Source: Nannocystales bacterium
GTDB lineage: Bacteria > Myxococcota_A > Polyangia > Nannocystales > Nannocystaceae
NCBI GenBank assembly: GCA_050633305.1
Contig: JBOEGF010000024.1
Span: 288,001-352,000 of the forward strand
Length of the DNA: 64,000 nt
Direction: 5' to 3'
The notes beneath the pieces were generated by a model. It did not search any database. It saw only the letters and a program-made list of their open reading frames with translations, and was not told the DNA's origin. A program made the translations under genes and the position numbers. Positions 62,580-64,000 of the stretch are shown here, piece after piece (the stretch's first letter is position 1; every line of letters begins with the position of its first letter).

Positions 62580-64000
62580 ATGGGCGACGAGCCGACGAAC
62601 CCTTCCGACGCGTCGTCCGACGACCTTCCCGACGACCTTCCCGACGACGCGGAGTCGGCCGACGATCGCGCGTCGTCGAACGAGGCTGCTGAACCTGCGG
62701 AGCCCGCGGACCCCGGGGGCGGCAGCAAGCTCCAACGGGCTGCCGCCAAGGGCGCGCTTTGGGTCTTCGGGGCGTTTGCTCTCGGTCAGATCGTCCGACT
62801 CGGGAGCAGTCTCGTGCTCTCGAGACTCCTGTTCCCCGAGGCGTTCGGCATCATGCGAGTGTTGATGGTCGTCGTCGGCATCGTGGCGATGCTGTCGGAC
62901 GCCGGGCTCCGCGGCAGCATCATCGCGCACAAGCGAGGTGACGAGCCCGACTTCTACAACACGGCCTGGACCCTGCAGTGTCTGCGCGGGCTGGCGGTGG
63001 CCGTGGTCGTGTCCGCACTCGCGGCCCCCCTTGCGAGCTACTACAACCTTCCAGAACTGTCCTTCCTGCTGCCCGCGGTCGGGCTGTCGTTGGTGTTCCG
63101 GGGTCTGCAGTCCACCGCGGTGTTCACCCTGTCCCGTCAGGTCAACCCCAAGCCCGGCGCGGTCCTGGATCTGGGAATCCGAGTCGGCTCGGTCGTGATC
63201 ATGGTGGCCTTGGCCTACGTCTGGAAGAGCGTGTGGGTGCTGGCGCTGGGGATGATTCTTTCCAATGTGGCATCGGGTCTCGCGACCCACCTGCTCATCA
63301 AGGGGTATCGCAACCGCTGGCGCTGGGACAAAGAGGCCGTCCGTGCACAGCTGCGGTTCGGCAAGTGGGTGTTCCTCAGCTCGGCCTTGGCGGCGCTGTT
63401 GGGGCAGGGGGGCTCGGCGGTCGTCGCCAAGCTGCTCACCGACAACATGTTGGGCATCTACTCCATCGCGTTGCTCCTCTCGGAGGCCGTCACGCAGGCG
63501 ATGCAGACGGTCTCCACCAAGGTGCTCCAGCCGCTGTATGCGAAGTTCGTCACCGGGAATCGAAACCGATTGCGCGGGCGGATGTTCAAGGTCCGTGGGG
63601 CGTTGCTGGCGTTGGCACTTCCGCCCTTGTGGGTGCTGGGGCTCTTCGGCCAAGAGATCGTCGACTTGCTCTTCGATGAGCGTTACGCGCAGGCCGGTTG
63701 GATGCTCCGGATTCTGGCGGCTGGTTCGATCGGGACGCTGATCATTGGGACGGCCGAGATGCTGTTCGTCGCGTCCGGAGACTCCAGGTCGCACCTGATC
63801 CACAAGGCGGCGGGCGCCACCTTCTTCGTTCTGAGCATGGTCGTGGGCTACTCCCTTGGTGAGTTCAAAGGGGTCCTCGTCGGGATGTCCATTGGTCGCA
63901 TCCTGGGCTACCTACCGATGGCGTTCTTGCTCCGCCGCCGAGGCGCATGGTTGCCCAAGCTCGACGCGCTCGCGTTTGCCGCTTCCGGTGGGGTCCTCGC
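62580..64000 (+). CDS. wzx: Oligosaccharide flippase Wzx (partial, runs off window)
   Basis: Manual translation: LVLSRLLFPEAFG, SDAGL, NTAWTLQCLRG, FGKWVFLSS, LGIYSIA, FDERYAQAGW. No stop before the window end. Confidence 0.88.
   Translation, partial: MGDEPTNPSDASSDDLPDDLPDDAESADDRASSNEAAEPAEPADPGGGSKLQRAAAKGALWVFGAFALGQIVRLGSSLVLSRLLFPEAFGIMRVLMVVVGIVAMLSDAGLRGSIIAHKRGDEPDFYNTAWTLQCLRGLAVAVVVSALAAPLASYYNLPELSFLLPAVGLSLVFRGLQSTAVFTLSRQVNPKPGAVLDLGIRVGSVVIMVALAYVWKSVWVLALGMILSNVASGLATHLLIKGYRNRWRWDKEAVRAQLRFGKWVFLSSALAALLGQGGSAVVAKLLTDNMLGIYSIALLLSEAVTQAMQTVSTKVLQPLYAKFVTGNRNRLRGRMFKVRGALLALALPPLWVLGLFGQEIVDLLFDERYAQAGWMLRILAAGSIGTLIIGTAEMLFVASGDSRSHLIHKAAGATFFVLSMVVGYSLGEFKGVLVGMSIGRILGYLPMAFLLRRRGAWLPKLDALAFAASGGVL

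Noticed and set aside
62514..63803. 429-aa minus-strand ORF
   Set aside because: Antisense shadow of the wzx flippase, which the ORF track missed because it lacks a stop in the window.

Overview
A GC-rich window, most likely from a myxobacterial (Myxococcota, possibly Nannocystaceae-like) chromosome. The taxonomy is inferred from the pilMNOPQ-mglC-accBC-sgmX gene order, a RecA1-like protein and several Cys-rich lipoproteins. It is mostly core genome with about 50 CDS. In order: a truncated alpha-2-macroglobulin (absent from the ORF track), an acyl-CoA dehydrogenase, lipoproteins, UvrD/Rep, a fadD-crcB-glycerate kinase-glycerate dehydrogenase operon, DUF434-mlaE-mlaF(dead)-mlaD-comM-lipid kinase, an M28 peptidase, recA, an FHA/DUF898-repeat protein, an ECF sigma/anti-sigma pair, ihfB, a PEP-utilising enzyme, glpK, an esterase, a sigma-54 response regulator, an XRE regulator, pilMNOPQ-aroKB-lipoprotein-mglC-aroQ-accBC-sgmX-metB-like, tig-clpP-clpX, a Zn-protease-like lipoprotein, wzy-like and a partial wzx. 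I saw no tRNA, rRNA, CRISPR array or mobile element. The most unusual items are: (1) a 1505-aa PilQ secretin with a ~730-aa Ala/Lys-rich coiled-coil insert, (2) an FHA + Pro/Gly/Met linker + five 55-aa DUF898-like membrane repeats protein, (3) an Mla-type ABC ATPase with all catalytic motifs lost, (4) TANNNT boxes 6-9 nt before eight SD-less start codons, suggesting leaderless mRNAs, and (5) helically phased direct repeats upstream of clpX and of the XRE/pil operon. All calls come from reading motifs by eye and from recalled family knowledge; no searches were run.
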